Of a stretch of 18,717 nucleotides of DNA, positions 8,131 to 15,518 are shown piece by piece. The notes under the pieces are model-generated. The model was not told the DNA's origin. It was given only the letters and a program-made list of their open reading frames with translations, and did no database searches. The DNA is taken from positions 1 through 18,717 of the forward strand of contig JBHHVU010000060.1 of NCBI GenBank assembly GCA_046754465.1, in the 5' to 3' direction. Each line of letters opens with the position of its first letter. The stretch's first letter is position 1. This DNA is from Nitrospinaceae bacterium (GTDB taxonomy: Bacteria; Nitrospinota; Nitrospinia; Nitrospinales; VA-1). A program made the position numbers and the translations under genes.

Positions 8131-9171
8131 TCATGGGGATTGCGTCCGGATGGGCTCTTTGTCGGTGACAAAACACACCTGGTTTTTGCCCTTATCTTTT
8201 GCCTCGTACAGGCATTCATCCGCCAGGCGGAGGCAACATTCGAGGTCCATTTCGTCCTGGTAAACGCTTACCCCGAAACTCAGGGTGATCCGCAGGGGCT
8301 TCTGGCGGTAACTTAAGATTTTTCCTTCCACCAAACGTTGTAACTTTTTCGCGAGTATGACCCCGCCCTCGAGATTCGTCTCCGGCAAAAAGATCAGGAA
8401 CTCCTCCCCGCCCCAGCGGCAGACCAGGTCCTGTTTTCGGCAATTGTTTTTAAACATTTTCCCGACTTCAATCAGAACATGGTCGCCCGCATTATGACCG
8501 TAACTGTCGTTGATCTTCTTGAAATCATCGATATCGGCCATAATCACGGAGAAGGGTTTTTTGTACCGTTCGAAGCGGACCTTTTCACTATTCAGTTTAT
8601 CCTCCATTTCCCTGCGGTTGGACAGGCCGGTTAACGGATCGGTTTTGGCGGTGATTTCCAGTTTCCTTTTCAGATTTTTCAGTTCCTGGATCAGTTCATC
8701 CTTAATGTAATTGCTCCGTTTCAGTTCGGCGGTGTAGGATTTTAATTTTTCCTCGCCCTGTTTCCGTCTCTCATTGAGCCGGACATGTTCGAGGGCCTGC
8801 ATGATGGCTCCGGTCAGGGATTCGGGGGTGAGCGAGTCCTTCACAAGATAATCGTGGGTCCCTTCTTTCATCGCTTTCACCGCCAGCATTTCACTGCCCT
8901 GCCCGGTCAGAAGAATCACGCCCCCGGCATAGGGGATCTCTTTCAATTGGGAAATGAATTCCAGACCATTGATGTCGGGCAACATATAATCCAGAAGAAT
9001 GCAATCGGGTCTTTCCTTTCGGCACAGGTCGAGTCCCTTCTCCCCAGTCCCGGCTTCCAGCAAGGAAAAATCGAACTTCCAGCCCCTGGCCAATAACCGT
9101 TTATACCATTTGCGGTCTTCTGGGCTGTCTTCAATCAAAAGAATTTTAAGCTGTTTTTTTTCATCCCACAT
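8131..9171 (-). CDS. Response-regulator diguanylate cyclase (REC-coiled coil-GGDEF, WspR/PleD-like)
   Basis: Intact REC; TDPLTGLSNRR, ADIDDFKKINDSYGHNAGDHVL, I-site RKQD, A-site RWGGEEF (GGEEF at 8398-8412), ADECLYEAKDKGKN. GGGGAGG ribosome-binding site upstream of ATG 9171. Confidence 0.95.
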   Translation of the reverse strand: MWDEKKQLKILLIEDSPEDRKWYKRLLARGWKFDFSLLEAGTGEKGLDLCRKERPDCILLDYMLPDINGLEFISQLKEIPYAGGVILLTGQGSEMLAVKAMKEGTHDYLVKDSLTPESLTGAIMQALEHVRLNERRKQGEEKLKSYTAELKRSNYIKDELIQELKNLKRKLEITAKTDPLTGLSNRREMEDKLNSEKVRFERYKKPFSVIMADIDDFKKINDSYGHNAGDHVLIEVGKMFKNNCRKQDLVCRWGGEEFLIFLPETNLEGGVILAKKLQRLVEGKILSYRQKPLRITLSFGVSVYQDEMDLECCLRLADECLYEAKDKGKNQVCFVTDKEPIRTQSP

Positions 9172-9312
9172 GCCGCCTGTTCCTCCCCTGGCAAAAGAGC
9201 CGCCTCGAACCGAAAATCATTCCGTCTTTGAATAACCTCGGCAAATTTGGGAAACGCCGCCAAAACTGAAAGCGGGTCCATCGGAGGGCATTTCCCATTA
9301 TCATTATCTCAC

Positions 9313-9339
9313 TTATCGGCAAAATCATCATTGAAAATA
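9313..9339 (-). promoter_or_regulatory. Possible sigma28 (FliA)-type promoter for the diguanylate cyclase
   Basis: Perfect -10 GCCGATAA on the minus strand (9320-9313), about 140 nt upstream of the ATG. The -35 position at 15-nt spacing reads TATT, a poor match to TAAA. Confidence 0.35.
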
Positions 9340-9628
9340 AAGGATTTATTTCAATTTCCGCCGGAACATTCCTTCTGCAATTGAAAACACTGCGGAAAAC
9401 AATCCGTTTCCCCCAACGGTCTCCCCCAATAAAAATCCATGAGCGGCCTTTGGCTTGGCTTGTAATTTAAGGGACGCACTGCCCCCTGGTTTCCCGGTCA
9501 AATAAAATTTCCGCTAATGAATTAATTATAATAACATTTACTTCTCAGGAAAAGCTAATTTTTCAACAAATTCCGGATTCCGTAGAAAAACTTCCGTTCG
9601 CCAATATCACAATTCCAGGGCACAAACT

Positions 9629-9664
9629 TTTACTTTGACCGGAATTTTGGTTATGATTCATACT
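9629..9664 (+). promoter_or_regulatory. Candidate sigma70 promoter(s) facing the small membrane peptide gene
   Basis: Overlapping TTTACT-N17-TATGAT (9629-9657) and TTGACC-N18-CATACT (9635-9664). Confidence 0.4.
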
Positions 9665-9904
9665 CCACGGAAAGCTTTTCCTGAAGGCAGCCCGCAAAAA
9701 TTCGGGAGAAGAACCTTGCCAACCTAAATGGTCCCCCTGCCGATTGAGAGCAAGCGGGGAAGAACACTCAATTCTATATCGGGGAACGGATTCAATGAAT
9801 GGCGCGGCTGGGAAGAAAAATCACAGGCGGAAAGGAAAAAAACATGTTAAAAAGGGGCGGGCCGGCCGGGGATTTGAACGGGTTAACGGGGGAAGGAAAA
9901 TCCA

Positions 9905-10045
9905 ATGAAATTTAATTTTGTCAAGGAAATCATTAAACTGATCGTCCTCTTTATTTCCCTGGCCGTTGCGTTGGGATTTTTCGCGAGCATCGGCATATGG
10001 GCCGCGGTGTCGTTTTTGAAATTTTTCGGCATTCAGACTCTATAA
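9905..10045 (+). CDS. Small hydrophobic membrane protein (46 aa), hypothetical
   Basis: Hand translation: MKFNFVKEIIKLIVLFISLAVALGFFASIGIWAAVSFLKFFGIQTL*. ATG is preceded by purine-rich GGGGGAAGGA. It has a long uncharged core flanked by Lys, lies in otherwise empty sequence, and is shorter than any ORF in the track. Confidence 0.7.
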   Translation: MKFNFVKEIIKLIVLFISLAVALGFFASIGIWAAVSFLKFFGIQTL

Positions 10046-10228
10046 CCTTCCTGTCAGCAACCGCCCTTGGGGCAAACGGGGTTTTCCACCCCACCCCGGG
10101 CCGCCGGATTCCCTGAAAGAAAACCCTCCCTCTCCCTTCACCCCGCAAGGAAAGCCTGCTCAAGAAACTGCCGCAAACCGCCTCCCTGATAGGTCCCGGC
10201 GGCAAAACGCCGTCCGCAAAGGCCTGGG

Positions 10229-10537
10229 TTATCCGGAGGGTTTCGTGGGTTTCCTGGATTTCTCGGCCTTGTCAATATCCTCCAGGGTGACATCGATACA
10301 GCCCTGGGACATCAAAATCGTTGACCGGACCACCTCCCGGAGCGACTCGACGAAGGGTTTTTCGCAACTTTCCGGCGCGGTGGCGATGTAATGCAGGGTG
10401 GGTTTGTAATTGAGCAAAAGTTTCAGGAGATTTGTCGGCTGATACGGGGGCTGGCACGCGGGGGCATCATTCCCCAGCGCGGCCTGGGGCCCGATCAGCA
10501 ATAACCCCAAAACGGTGACGGCAATAATTCGGTTCAT
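10229..10537 (-). CDS. Exported hypothetical protein (102 aa)
   Basis: Sec-type signal peptide MNRIIAVTVLGLLLIGPQAALG; three Cys in the mature part; no family recognised. Start placed at ATG 10537 (TTG 10546 is an alternative). Confidence 0.7.
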   Translation of the reverse strand: MNRIIAVTVLGLLLIGPQAALGNDAPACQPPYQPTNLLKLLLNYKPTLHYIATAPESCEKPFVESLREVVRSTILMSQGCIDVTLEDIDKAEKSRKPTKPSG

Positions 10538-10675
10538 CGGTCTCAAGCTCCCCGGGATTTAAGGAAACGAAACCCTTAAATGGATAAGATAAATTTTCAC
10601 AATTCCTTTTAAGAATCTTATAACATTTTTTCCCGGAAGGGGGGTATAAATCGCGGGTCCTGAGGGGAAAAGGAA

Positions 10676-12034
10676 TCAGGAAGGGAAGAACCGGGCGAGA
10701 AACACAATAGCCACCGCGATGGGGGTGACGTAACGTACCAGGAATCCCCATACGCTGGCCCAATGGAACCGGGTTTCGTGCGTTTCTATCTCTTCCTCCG
10801 CCGCTCGAGTGCCCCAAACCCAGCCGACGAAAATAGCCGTGAGCATTCCGCCAATCGGCAACAGGTAATTCGAGGCGATGTTATCGACGATGTCGAAAAA
10901 GGTCATGCCCAAAAACCGGGAATCCGCCAGCACCCCAAAAGAAAGACCGGAAGGGACACCGAAAACAAAGATAATGGATCCCACCACCGGCACGGCCTTT
11001 TTCCTGGACCAGCCCCGCTGGTCGATGAAGTAGGCGGCCACCACCTCCAAAAGGGAAATGCCGGAGGTGATCGCCGCGATCACCAGCAGGGTGAAAAAAA
11101 TCACCGAGATCAGCGTGCCCAGGGGCATGCTGGAAAACACCGCCGGCAAAACGCTGAACACCAGGCTGGGTCCTTCCGCCGGTTCGAGTCCCATGGAAAA
11201 CACGGCGGGAAAAATCACCATCCCCATCAGCAGGGCGATCAGGGTATCGAAAAGGACGATGTACACCGTGGCCGATATCAGGTTTTCCCTGGGGGAAAGG
11301 TAGCTCCCGTAGGTGAGCATGGCGCCCATTCCCAGGCTGAGGGAAAAAAAAGCCTGCCCCATGGCCACGAGAATGACGCCGGGATTGATCTTGCTGAAAT
11401 CGGGATACAGGTAAAACTTCAAACCTTCCATCGCTCCGGGAAGGCTCAGGGCCCGGCCCATGAGAAGCAGGAGAATCACGAACAGGGTGGGCATCAGAAT
11501 ATCGCAGGCTTTCTCAATGCCCCCGTGAACCCCCTTGATCACGATGGCGATGCACAACCCCATGAACAGCGCGTGGTAAAAAACCACTTGGCCCGGATTG
11601 GCGATGAAAGTTCCGAAGAACGCGCCCGCATCCTGGGGGGATTTGAAATCGAGCACGGCGTGGGTGAGCGATTTGACCACATAGGCCATGGTCCACCCCC
11701 CCACCACCCCGTAAAACGAAAGGATCAAGAACCCCGCCAGAACTCCCATGAACCCGATCCCCACCCAGGGCGATTTCGGACGCAAGGCCTGAAAGGCGCC
11801 AACCGGATTGCGATTGGTTTTTCTTCCCAGGGTGAACTCCGCGAGCATGATAGGAAGCCCCACCACCACGATGCACAAAAGATAGACCAGCACGAACGCC
11901 CCGCCGCCGTTCTGGCCGGTGATGTAGGGAAACTTCCAGACGTTGCCCAGGCCGATGGCCGAACCGGACGCCGCCAGCACAAACCCCATCCGGGAGCCCC
12001 AGAATCCTCGATGGTTTTCCTTTTCCGTTTTCAT
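10676..12034 (-). CDS. Sodium-dependent transporter, neurotransmitter:sodium symporter (NSS/SNF) family, LeuT/MhsT-like amino-acid transporter
   Basis: WGSRMGFVLAASGSAIGLGNVWKFPY, NGGGAFVLVYL, QAFFSLSLGMGAMLTYGSY (GMG motif), AAITSGISLLE; about 11 TM segments. Confidence 0.96.
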   Translation of the reverse strand: MKTEKENHRGFWGSRMGFVLAASGSAIGLGNVWKFPYITGQNGGGAFVLVYLLCIVVVGLPIMLAEFTLGRKTNRNPVGAFQALRPKSPWVGIGFMGVLAGFLILSFYGVVGGWTMAYVVKSLTHAVLDFKSPQDAGAFFGTFIANPGQVVFYHALFMGLCIAIVIKGVHGGIEKACDILMPTLFVILLLLMGRALSLPGAMEGLKFYLYPDFSKINPGVILVAMGQAFFSLSLGMGAMLTYGSYLSPRENLISATVYIVLFDTLIALLMGMVIFPAVFSMGLEPAEGPSLVFSVLPAVFSSMPLGTLISVIFFTLLVIAAITSGISLLEVVAAYFIDQRGWSRKKAVPVVGSIIFVFGVPSGLSFGVLADSRFLGMTFFDIVDNIASNYLLPIGGMLTAIFVGWVWGTRAAEEEIETHETRFHWASVWGFLVRYVTPIAVAIVFLARFFPS

Positions 12035-12162
12035 CAGGGCGAAAGTATATCGCGAATGGCCGGGGTTTGGTACCGGGATGGAACAGAAATTTGGCGTGGC
12101 CGGGTCCTTCCCCGATTATTTTTAACTCCGCCTGGCGCCAGGGGGGCCGGATGCCGTTCGGG

Positions 12163-12489
12163 CTACCCGCTTCTTGGTCCCAATAGGATGACAGCCGCCC
12201 CGGCCACGCAGATGAGGGATCCCAACACATCCCATCGGTCGGGGCGCTGGCCCTCGACGGCCCAAAGCCACAGCAGGGAAGAGGCAATATACACGCCTCC
12301 ATAAGCCGCGTAGGCCCTCCCCGCGAAAGCGGTATCGATCCGGGTGAGCAAAAAAGCAAACATCCCCAGGGAAAGCAGTCCGGGCATCACCCAGATCGCA
12401 CCGCGGCCCAAACGCAGCCACATCCAGAAGGCGAAACACCCTCCGATTTCAGTGAGGGCGGCGGCTATGTAAACGGAGAAATTCTGCAT
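12163..12489 (-). CDS. ynfA: YnfA family (SMR-like) small membrane protein
   Basis: [49 protein letters not shown]; 108 aa from ATG 12489; four TM segments. Confidence 0.95.
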   Translation of the reverse strand: MQNFSVYIAAALTEIGGCFAFWMWLRLGRGAIWVMPGLLSLGMFAFLLTRIDTAFAGRAYAAYGGVYIASSLLWLWAVEGQRPDRWDVLGSLICVAGAAVILLGPRSG

Positions 12490-12575
12490 CCCAAGAAAGT
12501 AACAGATTCCTCGTAAAAATGATTCCCTAATGAGACCTTTGTGCAAGTGCTGTGTTTGAGTTTGAATGGAGATCC

Positions 12576-12650
12576 AAAATCCCCCCGGCCCCCTTCAGGG
12601 AAGGGGGAGCCACCAAATCCCCCCTTTTTAAAGGGGCTGAGGGGGATTTT
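12576..12650. repeat. Nested inverted-repeat (dumbbell) REP/MITE-like element
   Basis: Outer 10-bp inverted repeat AAAATCCCCC (12576-12585)/GGGGGATTTT (12641-12650) encloses CCCCCTTC-AGG-GAAGGGGG (12589-12607) and CCCCTTT-TT-AAAGGGG (12621-12636). Confidence 0.75.
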
Positions 12651-12837
12651 CTTGCGGACCCTTTTGCATCGAAACACGAACATTCAAGATCGCCTCAAGA
12701 CGGGTTTAGGAATCGCATGGCGGTGTGGCTCCGAATTAAATTATAATGATTCAGACATCAAAATTATGAAATGGTCTGGATACCGTCCCGCCCTTCTTGT
12801 TTTTTTGTGGCAGGTCGGTTAGATATCCCGCGTAACT

Positions 12838-14664
12838 ATGCAGAAAAACATTGCCGAAATTATAAAGGAGATTCCCAGGCGGCCGGGAATTTATCTCATG
12901 AAGGATGCCAAGGGGGGCATCCTTTACATCGGCAAGGCCAAATCCCTCAACAGCCGCGTCCGCTCCTATTTTCAGAATTCGCGATCCCTGCATCCCCGGA
13001 CCCGGGTCTTCATCGCCAGGGTCCGTGACATCAAATTCCTCACCACCCGCACGGAAGCGGAAGCGCTCATCCTGGAAAGCAACTTTATCAAGAAGCATCA
13101 GCCCCGGTACAATGTCCTGCTGAAAGACGACAAACACTATCCCTACCTGAGGCTGACCATCCAGGAGATGTTTCCCAAACTGGAAGTGGTGCGCAAGGTG
13201 AAGAAGGATGGAGCGGCCTATTTCGGACCTTACACCATGGTCAAGGAAGTCCGGGAAACCATCCGGCTGATCTACAAAATCTTTCCCCTCCGGCAAAGCC
13301 GGGACCGCCTCGACGGCGAGCCCCAGAGACGGCCCTGCCTCAATTATCAGATGGGGAGGTGTCTCGCCCCTTGCGCGGGCATAGTGACCCCCGGGGAGTA
13401 TTCCCGGGTGGTGCAGGACGTGACCTTGTTTCTCAAGGGAAAAAATTCGGAACTGATCGAACGTCTGCAAGACAAGATGAACGAGGCATCCTCCCAACAG
13501 CGTTATGAAGAGGCGGCAGTTCTGCGGGACAAGATCGCCGCCGTGAAAACCGTTCTCGATAAGCAGAAAATCATTTCCACCGCGCTGGAGGATCAGGACG
13601 CCATCGGGTATTGCCAGGAGCACGGCGACGCCATGGTACAGGTTCTGGTGATCCGGGGTGGGAAAATGCTGGGAGAGAAAATTTTCAAAATGAAAAGCCT
13701 GAACGTCATGGAGAACAATGAGACCCTCGCCTCCTTCCTCAAACAGTATTACGCGGATGAAATCCTACTGCCCCGGGAAATCCTCCTTCCCCACCCGATC
13801 GAGGACGCCGGTTTGATCGCGGCCTGGCTGACGGACAAAAAACAGGGTCCGGTGCACATCGAGACGCCTCAAAGGGGGAAAAAAGCGGAACTGATCCGCA
13901 TGGCCGAAGAGAATGCCCGCTTCGCCATGCGGACGGAAAGGGACAAGGGTGAAACGGCGACGCGGATGCTGGAGGAACTCCAGGAGGCCCTCGCTCTTAA
14001 AAATTTCCCCGAGGTGATCGAGGGATTCGATATCTCCAATATCTCCGGTACCAGCGCCGTGGGGTCGATGGTGCTCTTCAAAAACGGCGTGGCGGAAAAA
14101 AAAGCCTACCGAAGGTACAAAATCTCCCAGGTGGAGGGGATCGACGATTACGCGATGATGCGGGAAGTGCTGGGCCGCCGGTACCGGCGCCTGCTCAAGG
14201 AAGGCGGGAAACTGCCCAACCTCATCCTCATCGACGGCGGGCGCGGCCACCTGAACACCGCCCAGGGGGTCCTGGAAAACCTCGGCCTTCAGGAAACCAT
14301 CGACCTCGCCTGCATCGCCAAAGGCAAATACCGCAACAACCTCGATACCGACGAGATCCTCCTGACGCGCCGCAAAACCCCCGTCCTGTTCAAGGAAAAC
14401 TCGCCTTCCCGGTTTTTGCTGCAACGCATCCGCGACGAAGCTCACCGGTTCGCCATCACCTACCACCGGGAACTGAGGAAGAAGCGCTCCCTCGGCTCCC
14501 CCCTGGAATCGATTTCCGGGATCGGCAAGAAACGTCGGCTGCTGCTTCTGAAACGGTTCGGCAGCCTGGAAAACATCCGCCAGGCCTCCATGGACGAACT
14601 GCAGGCCGTCCCCGGCATCACCCGGCCGCTGGCGCAAAAAATTTCCAACCGCTTGCAGGAATAA
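12838..14664 (+). CDS. uvrC: Excinuclease ABC subunit C
   Basis: GIY-YIG PGIYLMKDAKGGILYIGKAKSLNSRVRSYF, EALILESNFIKKHQPRYNVLLKDDKHYPYL; UVR domain YEEAAVLRDKI; RNase H-like IEGFDISN, LILIDGGRGHL, QRIRDEAHRFAITYHR; C-terminal HhH pair. Confidence 0.99.
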   Translation: MQKNIAEIIKEIPRRPGIYLMKDAKGGILYIGKAKSLNSRVRSYFQNSRSLHPRTRVFIARVRDIKFLTTRTEAEALILESNFIKKHQPRYNVLLKDDKHYPYLRLTIQEMFPKLEVVRKVKKDGAAYFGPYTMVKEVRETIRLIYKIFPLRQSRDRLDGEPQRRPCLNYQMGRCLAPCAGIVTPGEYSRVVQDVTLFLKGKNSELIERLQDKMNEASSQQRYEEAAVLRDKIAAVKTVLDKQKIISTALEDQDAIGYCQEHGDAMVQVLVIRGGKMLGEKIFKMKSLNVMENNETLASFLKQYYADEILLPREILLPHPIEDAGLIAAWLTDKKQGPVHIETPQRGKKAELIRMAEENARFAMRTERDKGETATRMLEELQEALALKNFPEVIEGFDISNISGTSAVGSMVLFKNGVAEKKAYRRYKISQVEGIDDYAMMREVLGRRYRRLLKEGGKLPNLILIDGGRGHLNTAQGVLENLGLQETIDLACIAKGKYRNNLDTDEILLTRRKTPVLFKENSPSRFLLQRIRDEAHRFAITYHRELRKKRSLGSPLESISGIGKKRRLLLLKRFGSLENIRQASMDELQAVPGITRPLAQKISNRLQE

Positions 14665-14757
14665 CCGCCCCAACTTCACCTGAAATTTAGCTTGCCTCCT
14701 TTCCCTTTCCTGCCGATAAGCCATACAGTCAAAAATTTTTTCGGGAGGTGCGATTTC

Positions 14758-15471
14758 ATGGGATCAAGGGCTATCAGGGTAGGGGTGGGATTTGCCGTGG
14801 CGGTGTTTTTGATGAGCGCAATGGCCCACGGGGCGGAAGCGGCAAAACGCCTTCCAAAAGCTTTTCTAAAGGAAGCCGCTAAATTGGCCGCCCGGGAGGC
14901 GGACTATTTCCAAAAGCGCCAGCAGAGTGACTGGCAAGCCCTCTACAACTACCAGCATCCCCGGTTCAGAAAAAACGTGTCCTTTGAGGAATTTAAATAT
15001 TTCGAGGGCCGGGTCGCGTTCAATTACCGCAATAGCGGCACCAACCACCTGTCGGGCGGTCTCACCCCTTCTCTGGCCTACATCAAAACCAATCCGGAAA
15101 AAAGAGATGCGCTCGGAAACCCTCAACCCAGGCATTTTAAATGGTTCAAAAACCCCTTCATCAGGGTCCGGGACTTCGCCATCAAGAAAATCTCGATCAG
15201 CAAGGACCGGAAATACGCCATGGTGGCGGTGGAATTGAGGGGGAGAGAAAAACTGAATCCGGCCCTTGTCCGCGGGAACATGGAATTTGACTTCAAAAAA
15301 CCGCACGTCGATTACTGGGAGAAAGTGAACGGACGCTGGAAGATCGCGCTTCTGGCCAATCCCGCGTCGATCAGCGGCGGCTCCAGGGTGATGTATTACA
15401 TTCCCAACGACAACTCCGCCTGGGAAAAAATGCAATTCATAGAAGTTCCTCCTAATTTGAGGGAGAAATAG
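14758..15471 (+). CDS. Exported hypothetical protein, possibly NTF2-like fold
   Basis: GGGAGG ribosome-binding site before ATG 14758; signal peptide ending AMAHG/AEA. DWQALYNYQHPRFRKNVSFEEF and DYWEKVNGRWKI resemble the start and end of NTF2-like exported proteins. Confidence 0.75.
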   Translation: MGSRAIRVGVGFAVAVFLMSAMAHGAEAAKRLPKAFLKEAAKLAAREADYFQKRQQSDWQALYNYQHPRFRKNVSFEEFKYFEGRVAFNYRNSGTNHLSGGLTPSLAYIKTNPEKRDALGNPQPRHFKWFKNPFIRVRDFAIKKISISKDRKYAMVAVELRGREKLNPALVRGNMEFDFKKPHVDYWEKVNGRWKIALLANPASISGGSRVMYYIPNDNSAWEKMQFIEVPPNLREK

Positions 15472-15518
15472 GTCCAGGCATCATCGCCAACCCACCTTGG
15501 CCCGCCATATAACGCATG

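Noticed and set aside
7859..8316. Short ORFs between the kinase and the DGC
   Set aside because: No recognisable domains or ribosome-binding sites; they overlap the DGC end or the AT-rich promoter.
9172..9904. c-di-GMP riboswitch or tRNA in the long intergenic region
   Set aside because: I found no GEMM consensus and no cloverleaf with a T-loop by eye. An Rfam scan would be needed to exclude these fully.
9951..10205. 84-aa minus-strand ORF and a weak REP-like stretch near 10122-10153
   Set aside because: Overlaps the better-supported 46-aa peptide on the opposite strand. The REP-like stretch is too degenerate to call.
12131..12142. Perfect palindrome CCTGGCGCCAGG after ynfA as a terminator
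   Set aside because: No convincing U-tract on the ynfA strand; a short GC palindrome can be chance.
10763..12359. Long ORFs 10763-12304 (+) and 11514-12359 (-)
   Set aside because: Antisense or alternative-frame shadows of the NSS transporter and ynfA in GC-rich coding sequence.
12465..12822. Short ORFs across the ynfA-uvrC intergenic region
   Set aside because: They are translations of the C/G-run repeat element (e.g. PLSPFKKGG), not credible genes.
12751..14724. Minus-strand ORFs 12751-13623 and 13765-14724
   Set aside because: Antisense shadows of uvrC.
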